Positions 9,857 to 17,981 of a stretch of DNA of 44,892 nt are shown here, piece after piece. Each line of letters starts with the position of its first letter. Positions within the stretch are counted from its first letter, which is position 1. The notes under the pieces are model-generated. The model was not told the DNA's origin. It saw only the letters and a program-made list of their open reading frames with translations, and did no database searches. This DNA is from Parcubacteria group bacterium ADurb.Bin305 (GTDB taxonomy: Bacteria > Patescibacteriota > Minisyncoccia > UBA6257). Both the position numbers and the translations under genes were made by a program. Location: assembly GCA_002069525.1 (NCBI GenBank), contig MWBJ01000002.1, forward strand, positions 1 to 44,892, read 5' to 3'.

Positions 9857-11401
9857 TTAATACTGAGTATTTAGTCCTCCTGACCGGTCCACCCTGACAG
9901 GTTCAGTATCAACTGGATGTGGTGGTTTTTGGGTAGGAGGAGGCATTATTGACCACTTATCTATTCCCCAGTCCCTACTACGAGTAGGGTCAAAAGTGGT
10001 AGAGGGAGAGGGAGATTGGGTAGTGGTAGGGCTGGGATTATCACCGGGTACAGGATCGTCATCAACAGGAGGGGTTGTTAAAGGCGTGACTACGCCTCCT
10101 CGTTTTGGGCTCATCCAAGGCAATCTGGAAGAATTCAGAAAAATATTACTGTTCAAAATTCTTTGAAATAGGTTGCTTACTGCCGCTATTAAATTTGCTG
10201 GAAAACGCGCCGAAGAATTATAGGTTTGTCTGCCTCCACGAATAGTAGAAGTAACTTTTATGAATTTAGTAGTAGTAGTGGTGGGTTTAGTAGTGGTAGT
10301 GGGTTTAGGTTTAGTAGTGGTAGTGGGTTTAGTAGTGGTTGCGGTACAACTCGAACTACTATCACACTTCTTATAACCATGCTGCTCAGGAAAACAACTC
10401 ATAAAGTGTTCAGGATAAGGATAGGTCTGATAAAGATGATGATGAGGGCAACCACTAAATATAAACTTAGCCTCTGTGCCATCAAAATATAAACTAGAAT
10501 AAAGAGGACATTTCCCATGATTCATGTTGTACAAAATGCTTAAATAATCTTTTCCTAATTTGTTAATTATTCCATAAAGATAAGATCGCGTTTGCGCATT
10601 CTTTTGTTTATTAATAACCTCGTTAACACAATCCTTTGTGTAGACCTCGACAGTTTTACACATAGTTTTGAAGGAACTGCTAAATAAATCTTTTAATGGT
10701 TTTAAAACTAATTTATTAAACTGTTCATCTTTAAAATAACCACAATAACTATATTTTTTTTCTTCAGCGAACAGGTTGTTTAAATAATCATAATTCATAT
10801 TTTTATACCTATCAGAAATCACAGCTGAACCGCATTGCTTACTACCTCTAACGTGCGCAATTAGATATTCATCACAATGACCATGATCAACATCCTCTAT
10901 GGTTGAGTCGCATCTACAAAGTTCACTATTCCAATAACAATTAGCTCGAGAAGTATATAAAGCCTGACACAGTGTACCAACGCATCCTCGAGCTGTAAAG
11001 GGACACTCCTCGCACTTACGAGCAGCACAATATATCGTGGTGGTAGTGGTACTGGTGGACACAGGTTTAGTAGTAGTCGTGGGTTTTTTAGTAGTGCTGG
11101 TTGACGCAGGCTTGGTAGTAGGACGACTCAGCGATATCCCTGTCCTCGACCCAAATCTTGGATCCTTGGTAGTAGTGGTAGAAAGAATCCCGGCATTAGG
11201 ACCCATTATTTCTGGCTGACCGCAGGCTTGTAAACATTCTTCTAGGGTGGCAAATTGAGCGCCGGTATTTACTGGAACACACTGAAAGTTTTCATTACAA
11301 TTATAACCTACCATAACTTGCGCCTGCCCTATCTCAATTGGCGGAATCAAGATTCCTGTAATAATTAGGATTATTATTAGAGTAAAAAAATCATTTTTCA
11401 T
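9857..11401 (-). CDS. secreted cysteine-rich protein with Thr/Pro-rich linkers
   Basis: N-terminal hydrophobic signal/anchor (FFTLIIILIITGILIPP), a small 4-Cys module, two TTTKP-type low-complexity linkers, a central Cys-rich domain and a Pro-rich C-terminus. No family recognised. Confidence 0.7.
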   Translation of the reverse strand: MKNDFFTLIIILIITGILIPPIEIGQAQVMVGYNCNENFQCVPVNTGAQFATLEECLQACGQPEIMGPNAGILSTTTTKDPRFGSRTGISLSRPTTKPASTSTTKKPTTTTKPVSTSTTTTTIYCAARKCEECPFTARGCVGTLCQALYTSRANCYWNSELCRCDSTIEDVDHGHCDEYLIAHVRGSKQCGSAVISDRYKNMNYDYLNNLFAEEKKYSYCGYFKDEQFNKLVLKPLKDLFSSSFKTMCKTVEVYTKDCVNEVINKQKNAQTRSYLYGIINKLGKDYLSILYNMNHGKCPLYSSLYFDGTEAKFIFSGCPHHHLYQTYPYPEHFMSCFPEQHGYKKCDSSSSCTATTTKPTTTTKPKPTTTTKPTTTTTKFIKVTSTIRGGRQTYNSSARFPANLIAAVSNLFQRILNSNIFLNSSRLPWMSPKRGGVVTPLTTPPVDDDPVPGDNPSPTTTQSPSPSTTFDPTRSRDWGIDKWSIMPPPTQKPPHPVDTEPVRVDRSGGLNTQY

Positions 11402-11595
11402 ATTGGTTAGTTTAATTTAGATTAATTGTTAAAAATTTTATCTGGTATTTTTAATCTTTAATTTTAAAGGTTTTGAAGATCGACCTTACTAACTTGTATA
11501 CAAAAATTATAATCCATTTGGAACATCTTTGTCAAGGAAAAATCCAAAAACTGCCTGATAATGATTTAGAACGAAGTACAAGTTATGACGCGTCA

Positions 11596-11624
11596 TTGTA
11601 AATAACTTCTAAATGTGGTAAAAT
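11596..11624 (+). promoter_or_regulatory. sigma70-type promoter for the PD-(D/E)XK nuclease gene (TTGTAA, 17-nt spacer, TGgTAAAAT)
   Basis: TTGTAA at 11596-11601, a 17-nt spacer, and TAAAAT at 11619-11624 with an extended -10 TG. A 12-bp palindrome ATGACGCGTCAT (11585-11596) abuts the -35. Confidence 0.5.
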
Positions 11625-11670
11625 AACTACCAAAATAAACACCAAAGGGGCTACAAAAAGTATTTTATCT

Positions 11671-12444
11671 ATGATGTATTATAGCTTGGAACATTTTAAG
11701 GGACTAGCTGGTTACGATATAAATGGCGTTTGGTATCCACGTGTTACTAAAATTGTAGAAATTAAAGCTAAACCTCAGTTGTATAAATTTTATGCAGAAA
11801 TGTCCAATTTTAATGAAGGCGAAGCCGTTAAAAAACAATCTGCTGACGAAGGCACTAAAATACATGAGACAGTAGAGCAAATTTTAATAGGCAAAACTCC
11901 TGAGATAGATTTAAAAATTAAACCAGCGATTGATTCATTCAGACAATTTTTAGAACAAAAACGAATCCAAGTTGACCCGGCTTATGTAGAAAAAAGAATA
12001 GCTAACGACGAAGAAAGATACGCTGGCACTATTGATTCCTTAGCTGTAATTGATGGAAAATTTGGCGTTCTAGATATTAAAACCTCCCAAGCTATCTACA
12101 AAGATTACGACCTTCAGACAGCTGCTTATTTAGCAGCTCTTCAAAAAAATGTTCAGCGCCCTCAAACACGCTGGATTTTACGAATTGATCAAGCTAAAGT
12201 TTGTTTAAAATGCGGAGCTATTTTAAGAGAAAAAGGAGGACGACAAAAAATTAAATTACCCTATCATAATGGCGCTTATGACAAGCAAGCCTTAACCTGC
12301 CAACATGAATGGTCTTCTACTCAAGGCCAAATAGAATTAAAAGAATCACCTTATTGGCAAAAAGATTATCAAGCATTTTTGGGCGCTAAAAAATTATGGG
12401 AATGGGAAAACGAATATTGGTTAAAACAAATAGGATATTTATAA
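11671..12444 (+). CDS. PD-(D/E)XK (RecB/Cas4-like fold) nuclease family protein with Cys-rich insertion
   Basis: Nuclease core pattern GTKIHE...YAGTIDSLAVIDGKFGVLDIKTSQAIYKDYDLQTAAY (D...D-x-K...Q..Y), plus C-terminal CLKCG...CQH. Confidence 0.6.
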   Translation: MMYYSLEHFKGLAGYDINGVWYPRVTKIVEIKAKPQLYKFYAEMSNFNEGEAVKKQSADEGTKIHETVEQILIGKTPEIDLKIKPAIDSFRQFLEQKRIQVDPAYVEKRIANDEERYAGTIDSLAVIDGKFGVLDIKTSQAIYKDYDLQTAAYLAALQKNVQRPQTRWILRIDQAKVCLKCGAILREKGGRQKIKLPYHNGAYDKQALTCQHEWSSTQGQIELKESPYWQKDYQAFLGAKKLWEWENEYWLKQIGYL

Positions 12445-12454
12445 AAAGTTGCAG

Positions 12455-12500
12455 TATTAAAATACCCAATATTAAATTAAGAATATTGGGTATTTTAATA
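12455..12500. terminator. long perfect hairpin (19-bp stem, 8-nt loop), bidirectional terminator candidate
   Basis: TATTAAAATACCCAATATT / AATATTGGGTATTTTAATA, immediately 3' of the plus-strand nuclease gene. Flanks are AT-rich rather than a clean U-run. Confidence 0.55.
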
Positions 12501-12581
12501 ATATAATATAATTATAGATAAATTTATTTCACAATCTAACAGCTTTGGAATAAATTAATCAGTTTTTTTGTCTTAAATTGG

Positions 12582-12652
12582 CTGCGGGGCTTGGATTCGA
12601 ACCAAGATCAAAGGCTCCAAAGGCCTCTGTGCTACCATTACACCACCCCGCA
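12582..12652 (-). tRNA. tRNA-Gln (anticodon TTG), CCA not encoded
   Basis: Minus-strand read TGCGGGG...CCCCGCA-G with a U1-A72 pair typical of bacterial tRNA-Gln, anticodon loop CTTTGGA and T-arm CTTGG-TTCGAAT-CCAAG. Confidence 0.85.
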
Positions 12653-12751
12653 AATTAGATAAATTCAATTACTTTAAGCTAAGCCGCAACTAGCTATTAT
12701 TTCATTTTTAAACTCTGCCAATCAAATAGGTTTTTATATCCTTTATATTGT

Positions 12752-13660
12752 TTATATCTTTAAGTATTTGTTTATAGCGCTAAAACTAGCAGATACACCT
12801 AAGAAAACACCAAATAAGGTCTGATAAAGAAAGATTTGAATAAAGTGAGACCAGAAAAATTCAGTGAGTTGAAAATTACCGAAAAATATTTCTATTTTAG
12901 GCACAAACCAAATAATTATAGGAATCATTAATAGTATCGCAATTATTGAAGCAAAAATTCCTTCTAAGGCGCCTTCTAATAAAAACGGACCCCTAATAAA
13001 CCATGGTGAAGCACCTACTAATTTCATAATCTCTATTTCCTCTTTTAAAGAATAGATAGCCATTCTGATAGTGTTGAGAGCAATAATAAAACTTATTAAA
13101 ACAAGAACCACCATACAAACCAAAGAAACTAATTGAATGCCTGTCAATAATTTATTCATCTGTTCCAAAATTTTCTGGTTTTCAGCTAAATCTATAGTCA
13201 AAAGCTTATCTTTTAAAGCTGATGTATTTATTTTATCGACAATAGTATTATAACTTTGAGGATTTTTAGCTTTAATGTTTAAAGCGGCGCTTAAAGGATT
13301 TTCTCCTAATTCTTCCAGCGCCTTTTTAAGAGCCTCATTGGAAGAAATCTGCTGCTGAAATTCCTTCAAAGCCTCATCTTTAGAAACATAATCAACTGAT
13401 TCAATTTCTTCCCAACCTATTAATAAATTTCGGACTTTTAAAATATCTTCTTCCGGGATTTCGGGTTTAAAATACAAACTGATATCAACTTTTTCTTTTA
13501 GAAAAGAAATCACAGTATTAGCGGTATGATTGAGCAAAATAATTGAAGTAAAAATCATTAAACTAATCACTAAAGTGCTAATACAAGCTAAAAATAGCCA
13601 ATTATTCCGTCGTAACCCTTGCCAAGCTGTTTCCCAAATTCTTTTTAAGATTGTTAACAT
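12752..13660 (-). CDS. ftsX: cell-division ABC transporter permease FtsX
   Basis: FtsX topology (TM1, large periplasmic loop, three C-terminal TMs); directly downstream of ftsE. Confidence 0.8.
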   Translation of the reverse strand: MLTILKRIWETAWQGLRRNNWLFLACISTLVISLMIFTSIILLNHTANTVISFLKEKVDISLYFKPEIPEEDILKVRNLLIGWEEIESVDYVSKDEALKEFQQQISSNEALKKALEELGENPLSAALNIKAKNPQSYNTIVDKINTSALKDKLLTIDLAENQKILEQMNKLLTGIQLVSLVCMVVLVLISFIIALNTIRMAIYSLKEEIEIMKLVGASPWFIRGPFLLEGALEGIFASIIAILLMIPIIIWFVPKIEIFFGNFQLTEFFWSHFIQIFLYQTLFGVFLGVSASFSAINKYLKI

Positions 13661-13725
13661 ATTACTAAAACAAAACTCAAAAAATTACAATTTAAAGTTA
13701 AAAATTAAAAAATTAAAATCTATGA

Positions 13726-14409
13726 TTATATTAAATACTTTCCTTCTTTTTCATCTCTAATAATTCGACCGCTTTCAAGGCTAATTACTCTTTTATTAAT
13801 AGCATTGACCACCTCTTTATCATGAGTGGCTAAAATAATCGCTGTACCTAATTCATTTATCTTTAATAACAGCTTGACAATTTCCCAAACACTAATAGGG
13901 TCTAGGTTGCCTGTTGGTTCGTCGGCAAGAATAATCTCTGGTTGATGAATTAAAGCACGAGCTAAAGCCACTCTTTGTTTTTCTCCAGCAGAAAGCTGAC
14001 GAGGAAAATTATGTGCTTTTTTTTCTAAATTAACTAATTTCAAAATTCCCTGAACTTCTTTTTCAATTCCACGAGACGGATATCCTGCTACCTCTAAAGC
14101 GAAAATAATATTTTCCTCAGCTGTTTTACTTTCTAGCAATTTAAAATCTTGAAAAATCATTCCTACTTTGCGCCTTAAAGCTATAATTTCTCTGGGGGTT
14201 AGTTTAGAAAGATCTTTATCATCAAAATATATTCTACCTTTAGTAGGTTTTTCCTCGCGGGTAATTAATCTCAAAATAGTAGTTTTTCCCACTCCTGATC
14301 GCCCTACTAAACAAACAAATTCTCCTCGCTCTATTTCAAAAGTAATATTTTCCAATACTAATTCATTACCATAAGCTTTAGAAACATTTTTAAAATATAC
14401 CAAAGACAT
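13726..14409 (-). CDS. ftsE: cell-division ABC transporter ATPase FtsE
   Basis: Walker A GRSGVGKTT, signature LSAGEKQRVALARAL and Walker B ILADEPTGNLD; shows the prfB-ftsE-ftsX order. Confidence 0.85.
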   Translation of the reverse strand: MSLVYFKNVSKAYGNELVLENITFEIERGEFVCLVGRSGVGKTTILRLITREEKPTKGRIYFDDKDLSKLTPREIIALRRKVGMIFQDFKLLESKTAEENIIFALEVAGYPSRGIEKEVQGILKLVNLEKKAHNFPRQLSAGEKQRVALARALIHQPEIILADEPTGNLDPISVWEIVKLLLKINELGTAIILATHDKEVVNAINKRVISLESGRIIRDEKEGKYLI

Positions 14410-14469
14410 AATAAAAAATTATTAAATTATCAATTACCAAATATCAATTACCAATTTTCAATTTTTGCT

Positions 14470-15201
14470 TTAAGATAAAATTTTGTCTAAGTTTCCATCC
14501 AGCACATCTTCCACGCAAGAATATTTTTTACCAGTGCGCTCATCGCGTATCATTTTATACGGATGAAGAATATAAGAACGAATTTGATTACCCCATTCAA
14601 TTTTAACTTTCTCACCTTTCAATTCTTTTAAAGTTTTTACCTGCTGTTCTTCAGCCAACTTATGTAATTTTGACCTTAACACCATTAACGCTTTTTCTTT
14701 ATTCTGAGCTTGCGTTCTGTCTTCCTGAGAAGTCACCACTAAACCAGTTGGTTTATGCCGAACTCTAACCCCGGTTTCTACTTTCTGGACATTTTGACCT
14801 CCCGGACCTGAAGCTCTAAAGTAAGTAATTTCTAAATCTTCTTCAGAAAGAGGTAATTCTTTAAAACTAATTACCGGCAAAACTTCTACTAAGGCAAAAG
14901 AGGTATGACGTAATTTGGCAGCTGAAAATGGAGAAATACGCACTAACCGATGCACCCCATTTTCTTGCTTTAACAATCCATAAGCGCCTTGACCAGAAAT
15001 TTGACTAAGAGCTTTATTAAGACCACCCCTCGCATTAACTTGTTTTTCTATAAGTTGAAATTTTAGCCCCTTTTTTTCGCAAAAACGTTGGTACATTCTT
15101 AAAAGCATAGCCGCCCAATCTTCAGCATCTATCCCACCAGCTCCAGCATAAATTGAAAGTGTAGCCTCTCTCTCGTCGTAATTATTAGATTCTTTAATCA
15201 T
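14470..15201 (-). CDS. prfB: peptide chain release factor 2 lacking N-terminal domain 1 (243 aa)
   Basis: SPF tripeptide (RISPFSAAKLRHTSFA) and GGQ ([15 protein letters not shown]) are present. LSIYAGAGGIDAEDWA aligns with E. coli RF2 at about residue 125. The codon just 5' of the ATG is TAA. Confidence 0.8.
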   Translation of the reverse strand: MIKESNNYDEREATLSIYAGAGGIDAEDWAAMLLRMYQRFCEKKGLKFQLIEKQVNARGGLNKALSQISGQGAYGLLKQENGVHRLVRISPFSAAKLRHTSFALVEVLPVISFKELPLSEEDLEITYFRASGPGGQNVQKVETGVRVRHKPTGLVVTSQEDRTQAQNKEKALMVLRSKLHKLAEEQQVKTLKELKGEKVKIEWGNQIRSYILHPYKMIRDERTGKKYSCVEDVLDGNLDKILS

Positions 15202-15461
15202 TTATAAATCGTTAGCGCTTAAATTTAACCTGTATTTATCTTTATTTATCCTAATTAATATTTTAGCAAAAAATACTTTATTTAGCAACCCTCGTCCTCT
15301 AAAATATAAGTGAAATGGTATTTGATAGCATATTTAAATGTAAATGAAATAAAATCAGGTAAAACAGGAAAAATAGAATAATGGTCTCGAAAGACAAAAT
15401 CATAACCATAATTCTTAATTCTTGATTCTTAATTCATCGTTGGCTATTGGTCATTTATTAT

Positions 15462-15590
15462 GGATCACCCTGAACGAAGTGAAGGATCTCCTTGTTTTGG
15501 TTATTCTGAACGAAGCGAAGGATTTCTTTGTCCGGTCATCCTGAGCCGTAGGCGAAGGATTTTTATCCTGAGCCTAGTCGAAGGATCTCT
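15462..15590. repeat. four tandem degenerate copies of a short hairpin repeat (core TCCTGAxC...GAAGGATyT)
   Basis: Units at 15462-15490, 15501-15527, 15535-15564 and 15565-15590, each with ATCCT/AGGAT-type self-complementary ends. The array is followed by palindrome CTCGCGCATGCGAG. Confidence 0.7.
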
Positions 15591-15619
15591 CGCGCATGCG
15601 AGCTTCCTTTTAAAAGGTA

Positions 15620-15730
15620 TCTGAGACCAGATTAGAGATTCTTCAATTAACGACTTACGATGTCGTTAATTTATTTTTCAAGAAGTTTCTGAGACCAGCC
15701 CAGAGATTCTTCGCTCTACCCAGAATGACA
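15620..15730. repeat. two direct copies of TCTGAGACCAGnnnAGAGATTCTTC flanking a perfect 10-bp hairpin
   Basis: Copies at 15620-15644 and 15688-15712 (the second extends into GCTCTACCCAGAATGACA). The hairpin AATTAACGAC-ttacgat-GTCGTTAATT at 15645-15671 is followed by TATTTTT on the plus strand. Confidence 0.65.
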
Positions 15731-15773
15731 GAATTATCGAAAACAAAAGGCTGCTACTAGAAAACCCCTAGAT

Positions 15774-15808
15774 AAAAAAACCACCTTATCCATTACGATT
15801 TAAGGTGG
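15774..15808 (-). terminator. intrinsic terminator after the phosphatase-like gene
   Basis: CCACCTTA / TAAGGTGG stem with a 12-nt loop, 13 nt past the stop at 15821. Followed on the minus strand by a 7-U run (A7 at 15774-15780). Confidence 0.7.
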
Positions 15809-15820
15809 TTATTTTTAATC

Positions 15821-16423
15821 TTAAATATATTTGTCTAAGAATCGATTGTCTAGAACCTGTTCCAAAGACCATCGGTTTTTAATTTCTGGTCTGTTTCGAT
15901 AATTTTGTTCTATTTCTGCTGCCTTCTGGGGTTCATTTTTGAACCTACGCTGTATCTTTTTTATTACTATGCGCTCAAAATATTCTTCAGAAAATTTATG
16001 CGTAGTTCTATCATAACAATCCAAAATTTCTAAATTAATAATTTTATCTGATTTTTCACGCATTTGAGGAAATTTTCTAAACAATATTTCTAAACAATTA
16101 TCGTCCATAACAAAAACTTTATCAGCTTTATCAAGTAACGCCTCATCTATTACCCTATAACTGTTAGCTAAGACACCAGCGCTTTGCACTTCAGCTTGAA
16201 TATGTCTTTTTTCTAACAATTTTCGGAAATACTGCTCAGCGGTTGGGCTACGAGTTTTATTTTGAGCGCAGATAAATAAATATCTTTTTAGCGACGCGGA
16301 TTGATTAGTTTTCTTTAATGAGATATTTTCCAATACCTGTTCTGCGACATTTATTACCCAAAAGGCTAACAATAGCCAAGTTAAAAATAATATTAACCCA
16401 ATAATAATAAGACCTAAGTACAT
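15821..16423 (-). CDS. membrane-anchored low-molecular-weight phosphotyrosine phosphatase/ArsC-like protein
   Basis: N-terminal TM helix (LGLIIIGLILFLTWLLLAFWVI), then a C-x5-R-S P-loop in LFICAQNKTRSPTAEQYF, plus SAGV and VFVMDDN blocks colinear with LMW-PTPs. Confidence 0.65.
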   Translation of the reverse strand: MYLGLIIIGLILFLTWLLLAFWVINVAEQVLENISLKKTNQSASLKRYLFICAQNKTRSPTAEQYFRKLLEKRHIQAEVQSAGVLANSYRVIDEALLDKADKVFVMDDNCLEILFRKFPQMREKSDKIINLEILDCYDRTTHKFSEEYFERIVIKKIQRRFKNEPQKAAEIEQNYRNRPEIKNRWSLEQVLDNRFLDKYI

Positions 16424-16524
16424 CTTTCCCTCCTTTTTAATAAATTTTCAAAGAACGATTTAATTAAATCCTTAAACCTAAACAAATATTTAATATAAAT
16501 ATTTAATCTTGAAGGCCATAAATT

Positions 16525-17895
16525 TTAATAAAGATATTTAAGCATTTCGCTTTCTACGGTTTTAGGAAATAATTTTAATATAATTTCCCGTATTGTGTTT
16601 TGTTCATCTAGAGACGCCTCGGATAAAATATCCAAAAAAATATTATTTAAGGTCTTACGACAACGAGGACACTTTTTAGATCCAATTGAATGCAAATTAA
16701 CATTCTGGTCTTCAATTTTTCTAGCATAATCTTGACTTTCAATAATATTTACGATCGAATCCTGACAAGGAGAACCAGTAGCTAGCCAATAATTATCAGC
16801 TCTATTACCGCGTCTGAAAACACAGGGAGTAACGCTGCCTTGATGTATTATACCATCCGGATTAACTACTGGATGACAAACACAACGACTAAAATAATCT
16901 TCCTTTTCAGAACCAAAATTCAATCTATGATTAAAGGTTTTAATAATTATTTTATTACCAAACAACCTTTGCGCTTTCTTCATCTGCCTAAGACCTTCTT
17001 TAATATTAACCAAAGATTTATTACTAGTAATTACCGGCCTTAACCATAATTCATCAACCCCGCTTGCTGTTGCCCGCTTAGCCATTTCCACTATTTCTTT
17101 TTGATTAACAATGCTTACAGTCATCGCTATTACCACCAAAGGGAATCTCTTGCTTTTCCGACCAACCTTAATAATTCTTTTATTTTTATTTCGTAATCTT
17201 ATAATTTTGGTAATTTGCTCAAAAATGTAATCTACGCTGTTAAGTTCCCCCGGCATAACAGACTCTTGACTATGATGAATTGCATTATAAGTTTGATGGG
17301 TAGGAGCGCCAAGACTAAATTTTAAAATAGAAACATTATCCACAAAAACTTGAAGGGGTAAATTAGTTTGACCTAAAAGACCCCCATTAGTACTTAAATA
17401 GATGTCAAAACCATACTGATGCGTTACAGCTAAAACTTCAGCTAATTTAGGATAACAAATAGGTTCACCTCCGCCAGAATAAATAATAAATTTAATTTCT
17501 GGAATCTTAGAGAATTCTTTGAGATCCTTTTTGAGTTTTTGAAACGGATAATCATATCTTATTTTATTTAACCCTTCTTTGCAGAAAAAACAAGAATTAT
17601 TGCAATAAGTAGTTAAATCTAATTCTATTGTAGAAGGATAATAAAATTCATTATTTAGAGCTTTCGTAATTTCACTCTCCCAAAAATATCGCACCCATAA
17701 ACTAACGCTATTGGGATTACCAATTTCTAAAAGCTGAGATAATAAAGTCGTAAATCTAGTTCTTAGACCATTCAATTGTACACCTTTAACATTGACCAAC
17801 TTCTCATCAGAAAGCTTGTCTAACAAACCAATAATTTTCTTCTGCTCACAAGGCGATAAAAAAGTATTTTTTAATTGTGATGTAATGATTGTCAT
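16525..17895 (-). CDS. radical SAM enzyme with N-terminal extension and Cys-rich C-terminal region
   Basis: CxxxCxxC in DLTTYCNNSCFFCKEG, GGE SAM-binding motif YSGGGEPICYP, and C-terminal cysteines (CVCHP...TPCVF...CPRC) suggesting an auxiliary cluster domain. Confidence 0.8.
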   Translation of the reverse strand: MTIITSQLKNTFLSPCEQKKIIGLLDKLSDEKLVNVKGVQLNGLRTRFTTLLSQLLEIGNPNSVSLWVRYFWESEITKALNNEFYYPSTIELDLTTYCNNSCFFCKEGLNKIRYDYPFQKLKKDLKEFSKIPEIKFIIYSGGGEPICYPKLAEVLAVTHQYGFDIYLSTNGGLLGQTNLPLQVFVDNVSILKFSLGAPTHQTYNAIHHSQESVMPGELNSVDYIFEQITKIIRLRNKNKRIIKVGRKSKRFPLVVIAMTVSIVNQKEIVEMAKRATASGVDELWLRPVITSNKSLVNIKEGLRQMKKAQRLFGNKIIIKTFNHRLNFGSEKEDYFSRCVCHPVVNPDGIIHQGSVTPCVFRRGNRADNYWLATGSPCQDSIVNIIESQDYARKIEDQNVNLHSIGSKKCPRCRKTLNNIFLDILSEASLDEQNTIREIILKLFPKTVESEMLKYLY

Positions 17896-17981
17896 TTTTA
17901 TAGAAATTGAGAATGACTCCGGATATTACCATACCTTCTGTTCAAAAGTAGAGTATAGATCAAGGTTTTTACCTAGATATT

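Noticed and set aside
14470-15201. UGA reassignment (code 4/25), or a missed programmed +1 frameshift, as explanations for the short prfB.
   Set aside because: - TGA is used as a genuine stop at 8262-8264 and 27359-27361, where the protein C-termini look complete.
- The frameshift model would need an RF2-like frame continuing upstream. The upstream in-frame codon is TAA, and no frame upstream encodes RF2 domain 1.
15462-15590. CRISPR array interpretation of the four tandem units.
   Set aside because: The units are degenerate rather than identical, spacers are 0-10 nt rather than about 30 nt, and there are no cas genes in the window. This is a REP/MITE-like hairpin repeat.
17846-17932. 28-aa ORF (MVISGVILNFYKNDNHYITIKKYFFIAL) overlapping the radical SAM start, considered as a precursor peptide.
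   Set aside because: The GAAGG is only 1 nt from the ATG, which is poor RBS spacing. The ORF overlaps the enzyme start out of frame, and it has no Cys/Ser/Thr-rich core or leader-like features.
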